Positions 27,293 through 36,202 of a stretch of DNA of 64,000 bases are shown in pieces; the stretch's first letter is position 1, and each line of letters opens with the position of its first letter. A program made the position numbers and the translations under genes. The DNA is from an uncultured Clostridia bacterium (GTDB lineage: Bacteria; Bacillota; Clostridia; Christensenellales; UBA1242): assembly GCA_934778215.1 (NCBI GenBank), contig CAKVOE010000002.1:105829-169828 (forward strand), read 5' to 3'. The notes under the pieces were generated by a model. It had not been told where the DNA came from and did no database searches. It was given only the letters and a program-made list of their open reading frames with translations.

Positions 27293-27604
27293 TCAATATT
27301 GTTCTGCCTTTTTGCTTGGAATAGATTGGATAAGCCTTAAAATGCCCTTTGTGTTTAAAACATCGGTTTCTCTTAACTTGCCATCTTGGGCAGGTAATTT
27401 CAACCGGTGACAATTTGTCACCAGTTCACTTCCTTCATCTTTTAGTCTTTGCTTTAACTTATTCCAATATTTCCTTGCGGTTTGAAACTCCTTGCTATCC
27501 GTCAAAATTTCAACGACATCAACAACTGAAAAATACCAATCTTCTTCCCCGGCATTCCACAAAGTTCTTATTTTATTATCTTCAAAAACTTTAATATTGG
27601 ACAT
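27293..27604 (-). CDS. Bro-N/DinD-like (prophage antirepressor-type) DNA-binding protein
   Basis: FEDNKIRTLWNAGEEDWYFSVVDVVEILTDS...ARKYWNKLKQRL.....GILRLIQSIPSKKAE matches the Bro-N family pattern. RBS AAGGAG. Confidence 0.5.
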   Translation of the reverse strand: MSNIKVFEDNKIRTLWNAGEEDWYFSVVDVVEILTDSKEFQTARKYWNKLKQRLKDEGSELVTNCHRLKLPAQDGKLRETDVLNTKGILRLIQSIPSKKAEQY

Positions 27605-27945
27605 AAATTTCTCCTTTGTATTAAGTATACCATACAATCTAAAAATTTGCATTTATTTATTTAATAAATCTAAAAAGGCATTTAAATATGTGATTTTCTT
27701 GATGCAAATTTCGTCAATTTGTTTTGGTAGGCAAGCAACACATATAAACTAAATTAAAGTAGACAAAATAAGAACTAAAGCATTTAGTCTACTTCTTTAA
27801 ATTTTGCAGTTTCAATAGCAAGTTTTTAACTTAATCATTTTGTCAATTTTAACAACTGTTTAAAAATTGTTAAAAACTATAACAAAAAACGCACTTAGTT
27901 TGGTAAAATTACAAACCTGTGTGCGTTTTATTATTTTGCTAATTT

Positions 27946-29583
27946 TTAGAATAATCCAGATATGACGCCATTGCTATCAATTGTCATATTGTCTGATGCG
28001 GGAACCTTTCCTAACCCCGGCATTAACAACATATCTCCACATACGGCAACCAAAAAACCTGCACCCGTCCTAATTTCTACATCTCTAATTTCTACATTGA
28101 AGTTTTTTGGCGCTCCCAGCAATTTTTTATCTGCTGTTAAACTGCTTTGCGTTTTTGCCATTATTACAGGAAGGTTGTTGTAGCCATAGTCATTAATGGT
28201 TTTTATGGCATTTTTTGCCTTTTCGGTATATGTAACCGTGGCTCCACCATAAACCTTTTTTACAATATCTTCAATTTTTGTTTCTACGCTATCGGTCAAA
28301 TTATAGGCAAATTGTAAATTTTGTTTTGGCTCATTACACTTTTGTTTTACCTTAGCATATAACCCCTTAGCGCCTTGTCCTCCCTTTTCCCAAACTTCTA
28401 CGACCTCAACATCTTCATCGCCTAACAACTTTTTTACCAATTCTATCTCGGCATCTGTGTCGGTCACAAATTTGTTTAATGTTATTACAAGTGGCACTTT
28501 GTAGACATTTTTTAGCACGCTAATGTGATGTGTCAAATTTTCTATTCCTGCTTTTATTGCATCTAAATTTTCATTTGCCAAATTTTCATACAATTCTCCA
28601 CCGTGAAGTTTTAATGCTCTAACTGTCGCAATTAGCACAACACAATCGGGTGCTAGCCCCGCTGTTCGACATTTAAAATCTATAAACTTTTCGGCTCCAA
28701 GGTCGGCTCCAAAGCCCGCCTCGGTTATGGTATAATCCGCCAAACTCATTGCAAGTTTTGTTGCCGTAACCGAATTACAACCATGTGCGATATTTGCAAA
28801 CGGCCCGCAATGAACAATTGCCGGTGTGCCTATAAGAGTTTGTACCAAGTTTGGTTTTAGAGCGTCTTTTAATAAAATTGCCATGGCGTTTTCTGCCTTT
28901 AATTGCTTAGCATAAATTGGTTTACCTGATATATCTAGGGCAACCATAATATTACCAAGCCTAGTTTTTAGGTCGTCTATACCCTCTGCCATACACATAA
29001 CAGCCATAATCTCGCTAGCCGCCGTAATAATAAATCTTTCGTGGCGGTCATAACCCGTTATACAATCTACCTCTCTTAAAGCTCGCTCATTTACGTCCAT
29101 ACATCTTCTAAACAATATTTGTTTTGAGTCTATGTTTAGTTTGTTTCCTTGAAAAATATGGTTATCTATTAGGCTACAAAGCAAATTGTTTGCACTTGTT
29201 ATTGCATGAAAATCTCCCGTAAAATGCAAATTTATATCTTCCATAGGAATAACTTGGCTTTGTCCTCCACCCGTTGCACCACCTTTGGTACCAAAAACTG
29301 GACCCAAAGAAGGCTCTCTTAATGCAAGACATACACTTTCACCAGCATTTTTAAAGGCATCAGCCAAACCAATACTCACCGTTGTTTTGCCATTGCCTGA
29401 TTTTGTTGGGTTAATTGCGGTAACCAAAATCAACTTACCCGAAGGCTTTGCATTTGTAATATTAATTTTTGCTTTATAATTACCATACAACTCTAATTGT
29501 TCATCAGTTATCCCTAGCCCCTTTGCAACTTCGGTAATTTTTTTTGGAGTAACCGCCCTTGCAATTTCTATATCACTCAACAT
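27946..29583 (-). CDS. fhs: Formate--tetrahydrofolate ligase
   Basis: Full-length match to the FTHFS pattern: SDIEIA.., INPTKSGNGKTTVSIGL, EPSLGPVFGTKGGATGGG, PAIVHCGPFANIAHG. Confidence 0.95.
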   Translation of the reverse strand: MLSDIEIARAVTPKKITEVAKGLGITDEQLELYGNYKAKINITNAKPSGKLILVTAINPTKSGNGKTTVSIGLADAFKNAGESVCLALREPSLGPVFGTKGGATGGGQSQVIPMEDINLHFTGDFHAITSANNLLCSLIDNHIFQGNKLNIDSKQILFRRCMDVNERALREVDCITGYDRHERFIITAASEIMAVMCMAEGIDDLKTRLGNIMVALDISGKPIYAKQLKAENAMAILLKDALKPNLVQTLIGTPAIVHCGPFANIAHGCNSVTATKLAMSLADYTITEAGFGADLGAEKFIDFKCRTAGLAPDCVVLIATVRALKLHGGELYENLANENLDAIKAGIENLTHHISVLKNVYKVPLVITLNKFVTDTDAEIELVKKLLGDEDVEVVEVWEKGGQGAKGLYAKVKQKCNEPKQNLQFAYNLTDSVETKIEDIVKKVYGGATVTYTEKAKNAIKTINDYGYNNLPVIMAKTQSSLTADKKLLGAPKNFNVEIRDVEIRTGAGFLVAVCGDMLLMPGLGKVPASDNMTIDSNGVISGLF

Positions 29584-29620
29584 ATCAAATTCCTCCTTGT
29601 TGTTGATTTTTTATTTTTTG

Positions 29621-30538
29621 TTAGGCGTTGTCGTTCTTTTTAATTGCAAATCCGCCACTGACCGTTTCTATAGTTATGCTAGATGAAACTCCCGTTCCGT
29701 AAACCTTTTTGTTATCAACTGTTTTTTCTGCAAACTCAGAAGAATATTTACCCGAAAGGGTTTTAAAATTTACTTCATACCCCACAATTGACTGTGGCAA
29801 AAGCAATTCTACAGCACCGCTTGACGACTTTACCGACACACTAGAAACCGCACTATTGCACCTAATTTTTGAAGCACCAGAAACCGTCTTAACAACCATT
29901 GTTGAGCCGATAATATCTTGTGTGTAAATTCCGCCAGAGGTTGTTTCAATGTTTACCGCACTAATTTGACAAGTTTTTACAATTACATTTCCGCTAACCG
30001 ATTTAGCAAATAGTTTTGTCGCATTAAACCCGCCCAGCGTTATAAGCCCGCTCGCTGATTGCAAATTAATTTCTGTAAGAGGCGAACAAACAGCGTTTTT
30101 AAAATTTCCGTTTACCTTTATTGACGCCGTTGAAGATTTGGCAACAATTTTTGTTAGACCTTCAACGCTTGCCGGAATTTTGACAACAAGCGTTTTTTCA
30201 AGTCCCACATCTACTTTGGTTGTAGAACTATTTCTATACTTAACGCTAAGCGTTCCATTTGATAGTTTATATCTTAATTTTTGGTCATCTTTTAAAGTTT
30301 TTTTGTAACTTTCTGATATTGAGACCTTTTCTATATCACTGCTAACTTCTAATTCTACCGAACCCGCCAGCCAGTCTATATCTATTGTCGAAATTTTTAA
30401 ATCGTCTATTGTTCCATCGCCCACGCAATAGGTTTCCGCATTCATATAAATATAACTAGACTTAGTGCACCCACCAAGTGCAATTGCAGACGATAAAATT
30501 ATAATTAAACAAATTACTGCATTGATTATTTTTTTCAT
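29621..30538 (-). CDS. Lipoprotein with DUF4097-type beta-strand repeats (putative adhesin fold)
   Basis: Lipobox LGGC. Repeated S.SG.I.. beta-strand pattern ending in ..TVSGGFAIKK. Confidence 0.6.
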   Translation of the reverse strand: MKKIINAVICLIIILSSAIALGGCTKSSYIYMNAETYCVGDGTIDDLKISTIDIDWLAGSVELEVSSDIEKVSISESYKKTLKDDQKLRYKLSNGTLSVKYRNSSTTKVDVGLEKTLVVKIPASVEGLTKIVAKSSTASIKVNGNFKNAVCSPLTEINLQSASGLITLGGFNATKLFAKSVSGNVIVKTCQISAVNIETTSGGIYTQDIIGSTMVVKTVSGASKIRCNSAVSSVSVKSSSGAVELLLPQSIVGYEVNFKTLSGKYSSEFAEKTVDNKKVYGTGVSSSITIETVSGGFAIKKNDNA

Positions 30539-30550
30539 GTCATTTTCCCC

Positions 30551-31504
30551 CTAAATTTTGCCTGGGAATCCCCTTTTTATTCCCGTTTGTGCGGTTGGCG
30601 AACCAACAGTTACTGCCGGCTGTACTACATTTTGTTGAGGTGTGATTTTTTCTGGTTGCGCAACAGCATTTGGTTGAAGCATAGTATTATTTTGTTGTGG
30701 TGCAACTACATTTTGTTGTGGCGAAGCATTGCTTTGTGGTTGCACTACACCTTGAAAATGTGTGATATTATTTTGTGGTTGCATTACACCTTGAAGAGGT
30801 GTGGTATTATTTTGCGGTGGTGCAATATTACTTTGTGCTTGCTGAGGTGGTACAGTTGTTGCAACTTGCGGTTGCGTTAACAACGCTCCTTGCTGACCCG
30901 CTTGTGGCTGTTGCACATTTTCTTGCAAAGGCTTGGTCTGCTGTTCTACCGAAGGTTTCGTATGCACATTGTTTGGCTGTTGCTGAGTTTCCCCACTCGT
31001 CGCAGACTGCTGCCCGCTTGGTTGAAACTTTGTAGGCTGAATATTTGTTACATTTTGAGTTTTTTGAACAGGTTGTTGTACATTTTGTTGCACTGCAACA
31101 TTATTTTGCGGTTTTAGGTTAGATTCTTGCAAGTTTGGGGCTTGGTTAACAACTTTGGTTTGAGATAATGTATTTTCGGTTTTGTTAGCCTGCATTACTT
31201 CCAGCCGTTGCTGTTCTTCTTTTTGTCTTTTTTCTCGTTCTTCTTTTTCGTCTAGTGCTTCTTGCACAATCCTGTCATATTGTCTTTTTTTAACTATTAT
31301 CCAGATAATACACACCGTGCTAACAATTACCAACATCAAAATAGCAATAATAGCCGCAAGCGTACTGTCTAAATTGACTTTTCCGCCAACGCTTTCAGAA
31401 TCACCAACAATAACATAATCGTTTTCGGTGCTCTTTACAACATCTAATAGCAAATTTGATAAAAATTTACGAAACATTTGCTTCCCCTTATAATAACTTT
31501 TCAA
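30551..31504 (-). CDS. Membrane-anchored Gln/Pro/Asn-rich low-complexity repeat protein
   Basis: One TM (AAIIAILMLVIVSTVCIIWII), then an EKEEREKRQKEEQQ coil, then about 200 aa of degenerate QQNV.QP / PQQN repeats. The start may be the internal MFRKF. Confidence 0.5.
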   Translation of the reverse strand: MKSYYKGKQMFRKFLSNLLLDVVKSTENDYVIVGDSESVGGKVNLDSTLAAIIAILMLVIVSTVCIIWIIVKKRQYDRIVQEALDEKEEREKRQKEEQQRLEVMQANKTENTLSQTKVVNQAPNLQESNLKPQNNVAVQQNVQQPVQKTQNVTNIQPTKFQPSGQQSATSGETQQQPNNVHTKPSVEQQTKPLQENVQQPQAGQQGALLTQPQVATTVPPQQAQSNIAPPQNNTTPLQGVMQPQNNITHFQGVVQPQSNASPQQNVVAPQQNNTMLQPNAVAQPEKITPQQNVVQPAVTVGSPTAQTGIKRGFPGKI

Positions 31505-31621
31505 TATACTAATAAAAATTATATCATAATATTTAGCAAAAAATCAATTAGATTATTGCCGACTGCAAACATTTTAAAAGTTTTGAAAGTACTATTAAAT
31601 CAATAATTTTTAACTAAACAG

Positions 31622-31651
31622 TTGACAAAAATAACCAACCAAAGATATAAT
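31622..31651 (+). promoter_or_regulatory. Sigma-A promoter of the abrB-like/ABC operon
   Basis: TTGACA (31622-31627), 18 nt, TATAAT (31646-31651). Confidence 0.6.
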
Positions 31652-31683
31652 TTGTAAGAAAAGTAGGAAAAGTAGGAGGTTTT

Positions 31684-31890
31684 ATGGAAAAAGATAAATA
31701 TATCTGGACAACCAAAATGACTTCTAAAGGACAAATTGTAATCCCCAAAGAAGCCCGTGATGTTTTTAACTTGCAAGCCGGCGACTCTTTAATTTTGTTT
31801 GGCGACAAGTCACGTGGTATTGCCATAGCAAAGTACGATGACTATTTAGAGTTTGCAAAAGCCATTTTTGAAGCAAAAAATAATCAATAA
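31684..31890 (+). CDS. AbrB/MazE/SpoVT-family DNA-binding protein
   Basis: MTSKGQIVIPKEARDVFNLQAGDSLILFGD is the swapped-hairpin SpoVT-AbrB signature. RBS AGGAGG. Confidence 0.8.
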   Translation: MEKDKYIWTTKMTSKGQIVIPKEARDVFNLQAGDSLILFGDKSRGIAIAKYDDYLEFAKAIFEAKNNQ

Positions 31891-31903
31891 GGAGAAAATT
31901 ATT

Positions 31904-32611
31904 ATGTTAAAACTAATCAATTTCACAAAAGTATATCCAAACGGCAAAATAGGAGCAAAAGACATAACCCTTACCGTTGAAAGTGGCGACATTTTCGCCT
32001 TTATTGGACACAATGGCGCAGGCAAAACCACCACAATAAAATCTATTGTAGGCATTAATGATTTTACTAGCGGAGAAATTATTATTGATGGCGTTTCTAT
32101 GAAAAATGACCCAATAAAATGCAAAAAAATGCTAGCCTATATTCCCGATAACCCCGACATTTACAATGCTTTAACGGGCATTCAGTACATAAATTTAATT
32201 GCAGATATTTTTAATGTAGATAAAAACACCCGCAAATTACTTACCAACAAATATGCAAACTTGCTGGAATTAAACGGCGTTTTAAACGACCCTATTTCTA
32301 CCTACTCGCACGGTATGCGACAAAAACTGGTGCTAATTTCTGCCTTTGTGCATAGTCCTAAACTACTTGTTTTAGACGAGCCTTTTGTTGGGCTAGACCC
32401 AAAAGCAAGTTTTTCTTTAAAAGAAATATTTAAAGACTTTACCAAAAATGGCGGTGCAATATTCTTTTCTACACACGTGTTAGAAGTCGCCGAAAAAATT
32501 TGCAACAAAGTTGCTATTATTAAAGATGGTTCCCTAATCGCAAACGGAACAATGGACGAAATCAAAAAAGACCAAACTCTAGAAGAAGTCTTTTTGAAGG
32601 GGGCAAACTAA
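31904..32611 (+). CDS. ABC transporter ATP-binding protein
   Basis: Walker A GHNGAGKTT, signature YSHGMRQKL, Walker B LLVLDEPFVGLD. Start moved to MLKLINF (RBS AAGGAG). Confidence 0.9.
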   Translation: MLKLINFTKVYPNGKIGAKDITLTVESGDIFAFIGHNGAGKTTTIKSIVGINDFTSGEIIIDGVSMKNDPIKCKKMLAYIPDNPDIYNALTGIQYINLIADIFNVDKNTRKLLTNKYANLLELNGVLNDPISTYSHGMRQKLVLISAFVHSPKLLVLDEPFVGLDPKASFSLKEIFKDFTKNGGAIFFSTHVLEVAEKICNKVAIIKDGSLIANGTMDEIKKDQTLEEVFLKGAN

Positions 32612-34180
32612 ATGCGTGAACTTGGCATTTTAATTAAAAATGAGTACAATATTTTGCTGGGCTCCATTCAAGGCAAAAAGCACAGAAAGTCCACAGTTTA
32701 CGCTAGCACAATGTTGCTTTTGGGCGTAATTGCACTTGTAGCAATTTATACCTATCAAGCAAAAACAATGTATGATGGGCTAGGAAAACAACTAGGGCTA
32801 TTTGACCTATGTTTGTTTCACGGCATTTTAACCACCGTTTGCGTTACAATATTAATTGGCGTAATGCGAATTTCTGCAAAAAGCAAAACCAACGATGCCG
32901 ACCTTTTATTATCTTTGCCTATTAAAAGGGGTTATATAGTTATTGCAAAAACCATTAACAAATATATTTTTGATTTCTTTTTTGAAACACTGCTATTTGC
33001 TCCCTACTATATTTTATATTTAGTTTTTACACCATTTAATTTATCTCGTTTAGTTATTTGCGTCTTAATTAATCTAACCCTACCCCTAATAAGTATTGCA
33101 ATCAGTTATATTTTAAACTTTTTTGTAGATAAAATTTGCACAAAACTAAAAAGCGGAAACTTTATTAAATCAATTTTTACATCTATTATCTTTATATTAA
33201 TTCTTGCTCTGCTTTTGCTAAAAACTAGTTTTTATGGCACGGTTAATGAAACGAATATGGAAAACTACTTTACCGACAGAGCAATTTCTAACTCACTTTT
33301 GCAAATAATTTTAAATAAAAACCTAACCTACCTGATTATATATTTGGTTCTTGCCATAGGATTATTTTTGATAGGCGAAACACTTTTTGCACACAACTAC
33401 GGAAAGACCAGCGCAAGTTACCACTCAAAATCAACCAAATTTAAATTTAATTCACCAAAATCTATGTTTATTAACCTATACAAAAAAGAACTATTTGCCT
33501 ATTTATCTACCCCAGCATACATAACAAACACAATAATCGGACCTGCTATTTTAATGGTGTTTTCAATTTTGATTGCCATTCTTGGAACCAGCGGTGTAGA
33601 ATCACTACTCGCCATTAATATCACAAATAAAGGCATGTCTTGTGCAATATTTACCTTAATTTTTTGTATGATGTCTGCAACAACGGTAATATCAAGTTGC
33701 TCAATTTCGCTAGAAAGTCATAATCTTTGGATAATAAAGTCTTCCCCAATAGACGAACGACTCCTTCTTAACGCAAAGGCGTTGTTGCACATTAGCATAA
33801 TGTTACCCGCCGTTGTACTTTCGGCAATCATTTGCTCAATCGCTCTAAACTTTTTATTTTTGCAATCTTTGGTTTTGATAACACTACCAAGTCTACTAAC
33901 CATTATAATAGCCTATGGTGGATTGCTTATAAATTTGTGGATACCGAACCTAGACTGGGAAGATGAAACAAAGGTAGTAAAGCAAAGCATCTCAGTTTTA
34001 ATTGCAATGGTTTTTTCGCAAATTATTGCCTTGCTCCCACTCGCAATTACTCTAATTTTTAATCAAATTTCCCTAATAGTTTTATGCACTTTTACCTACA
34101 TAATATATGGCGCAATTCTATTATTGGTACTGCTTTTACTATTTACAAAGGGAGCAAAACTACTTCGAAAACTTGCATAA
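32612..34180 (+). CDS. Large polytopic permease partner of the ABC ATPase (putative ABC exporter family)
   Basis: 522 aa with at least 10 TM helices. TAAATG junction with the ATPase gene. Confidence 0.6.
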   Translation: MRELGILIKNEYNILLGSIQGKKHRKSTVYASTMLLLGVIALVAIYTYQAKTMYDGLGKQLGLFDLCLFHGILTTVCVTILIGVMRISAKSKTNDADLLLSLPIKRGYIVIAKTINKYIFDFFFETLLFAPYYILYLVFTPFNLSRLVICVLINLTLPLISIAISYILNFFVDKICTKLKSGNFIKSIFTSIIFILILALLLLKTSFYGTVNETNMENYFTDRAISNSLLQIILNKNLTYLIIYLVLAIGLFLIGETLFAHNYGKTSASYHSKSTKFKFNSPKSMFINLYKKELFAYLSTPAYITNTIIGPAILMVFSILIAILGTSGVESLLAINITNKGMSCAIFTLIFCMMSATTVISSCSISLESHNLWIIKSSPIDERLLLNAKALLHISIMLPAVVLSAIICSIALNFLFLQSLVLITLPSLLTIIIAYGGLLINLWIPNLDWEDETKVVKQSISVLIAMVFSQIIALLPLAITLIFNQISLIVLCTFTYIIYGAILLLVLLLLFTKGAKLLRKLA

Positions 34181-34446
34181 ACCCACACCTAAATGTGGCT
34201 TTTGTGGCTGTTTTTTAATAATTACACATGGGTCATGGCGACCACACTTTGTGCCGTATAGCAATTAGTCGAGCAGACGCAAACTTCCTAAAATGGGGCA
34301 AATTTTCGCCCCATTTTCAATTCCGTTTTTTTTGTCAAAGCGGTTTTTGAAAATTTTAGTTAAAAAATTGATAGCGTTTTTTAAATTTAAAAAAGTTAGT
34401 TTTTTGCTTTGAAAAATTGTATATATGCTCTATAATAGAGAGTGCT

Positions 34447-35082
34447 ATGGAAAACAAATTTAAAATTACAAAATTAAAACAACAAGACTATTTAAAGTTT
34501 TATGAATCACTAAAATTGTCCCGTGAACAAAATAAGCACGGGCTGTTTGTTTTGCTAAGAAATCCCACAGATTATAAATATACAAAAAACTTTTTGATGC
34601 AACACAATATTGGTGGCTTTGCAATTACTCCAGACGGCGAGTTTGTATCTGTTCACAAAAACAATGCACTTGCAAAAATGTACAACGCAAAACATATTTT
34701 ACCCCAACTAGTAGAATGTGCTATAAAAAACGGGGCAACCAAAGGCGATTGTTATGGAGAATTTTTGGCAAGTTATTATATGCAATGTGGCTTTGTGGTT
34801 GTTGCAAAAGTTCCTTTTGTTAATGTTTACGACAACCCAAAAGATTGGAACTATAACACCTTTGGTAAACCCTATGTATACATTCTTGCAAAAGCAGTTT
34901 TTGATAACGCCGAATATAAAAGACTAATTAACAACAATGCATTTGCCAACTTTTGCACTATTGAGCCATTTATAAAAGAAATCAAAAACTATGACCACGC
35001 ACTAGAATATAGGGATAACTTGCTAGAAAAATTTAAAAATATGTCCTACAACCAAATTATTGAATATATTAAAAAGAACTAG
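34447..35082 (+). CDS. Hypothetical protein, possibly a GNAT-like fold
   Basis: GGFAITPDGEFVSVHKN...LVECAIKNGATKGDCYGEFLASYYMQCGFVVV loosely resembles a GNAT core. Start moved to MENKF because the track TTG start lies inside the predicted promoter spacer. Confidence 0.3.
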   Translation: MENKFKITKLKQQDYLKFYESLKLSREQNKHGLFVLLRNPTDYKYTKNFLMQHNIGGFAITPDGEFVSVHKNNALAKMYNAKHILPQLVECAIKNGATKGDCYGEFLASYYMQCGFVVVAKVPFVNVYDNPKDWNYNTFGKPYVYILAKAVFDNAEYKRLINNNAFANFCTIEPFIKEIKNYDHALEYRDNLLEKFKNMSYNQIIEYIKKN

Positions 35083-35196
35083 CATAGTTAACTTTTTTAA
35101 TCCTAGATTTCGCAAAATTTCATTTTGTTTCAAACAAAAAATGAGAGTAAATATTGCTCTCATTTTTCTAAACGCTTGAAATATTTTTTAGTGAAT

Positions 35197-35832
35197 TTAT
35201 TTCATTTTGTAATAATATGAATATACCCCGCTAGTTGAAGTATCCGCCTTTTCTATAAAAAGTTTAAATAGATATTGATTTGTAGAAGCGTTAAACTCGT
35301 AGCGAATTTCAAGAGTATAAACGGAGTTCCTAACAAAATATCCTCCCTCATCTGTATTGTGGTTTGTAACATAGTAAAATCTGTAAAGTTTGCTTGGATT
35401 ATCATCAAAATAATCAGTTACATTATTACCTTGTTCTAAAACATACCATGTTTCATTTTCACTATACATTACACCATGATTAGAGATGTGTCCAAAATAG
35501 CCATTATAGTTTGTTTTGAAATAGTTTAAATAAATTTCCGCATTTTGTTTTAAAACATCAACATTGTCGCAAGGTTGCGAAAATGAATACCCGCCATTAA
35601 ACCAAGAATCACTGGAAGATATTGTTCCGTTAAGCCCAACTGGTGCTGTTAAGTTGGTCAATCCGACTGCGGACAACTCAGTTTCGGTAAACCATTTAGA
35701 ACTGTCGTGCAAATTAGAGTTTCCCCCCGAACCCTTATCTCCATCATCGCCACAAGCGGTTAAGAAAAATGTTGCCGGAATAACTAGCAACACTGCCATT
35801 ATTAAATTTAAAATTTTGTGTTTTGCTTTCAT
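35197..35832 (-). CDS. Lipoprotein, function unknown
   Basis: Signal peptide with lipobox FLTAC followed by a G/D-rich linker. Confidence 0.55.
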   Translation of the reverse strand: MKAKHKILNLIMAVLLVIPATFFLTACGDDGDKGSGGNSNLHDSSKWFTETELSAVGLTNLTAPVGLNGTISSSDSWFNGGYSFSQPCDNVDVLKQNAEIYLNYFKTNYNGYFGHISNHGVMYSENETWYVLEQGNNVTDYFDDNPSKLYRFYYVTNHNTDEGGYFVRNSVYTLEIRYEFNASTNQYLFKLFIEKADTSTSGVYSYYYKMK

Positions 35833-35876
35833 ATCTTCTCCTTTAATAAAACCTAATTCATGAATTTATGTTTCCA

Positions 35877-36032
35877 TCATTTCTTAAAAATCAAAATAGC
35901 CTTTGCGCCAGGTGTGGTTGTTGCAGAAACTAAAGCAAAACCATCTTTTTCCATCTCGTTACACCTATCTTCTATTTTCTTTGCCATTTTATTTGCTACG
36001 GGCGTGTAGCCTATTAATTCAGTTTTATACAT
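35877..36032 (-). CDS. Unannotated 51-aa ORF (DUF4177-like small protein)
   Basis: Hand-translated as MYKTELIGYTPVANKMAKKIEDRCNEMEKDGFALVSATTTPGAKAILIFKK. RBS AAGGAG 8 nt upstream. Below the track size cut-off. Confidence 0.4.
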   Translation of the reverse strand: MYKTELIGYTPVANKMAKKIEDRCNEMEKDGFALVSATTTPGAKAILIFKK

Positions 36033-36202
36033 TTATTTTACTCCTTTGTTATTAAATACTTTTGGTTGTTGCCAATTAAGTAAATAATCAAAAAACTTGC
36101 GACTTTATAAATATAGTATAACATAAAGTTTTTTAATTTGTATATTAATTTTTAAGCAAGATAAACAAATAATATTACTATTCGTTTCTTCTTAACATCT
36201 TT

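Noticed and set aside
34181-34320. A locally GC-richer non-coding patch after the ABC permease (GGGTCATGGCGACCACACTTTGTGCCG...), followed by the hairpin AATGGGGC..GCCCCATT.
   Set aside because: I could find no consistent multi-helix structure, repeat or ORF with an RBS. It is most simply a terminator region plus a decayed gene fragment. I cannot exclude a small RNA without expression data.
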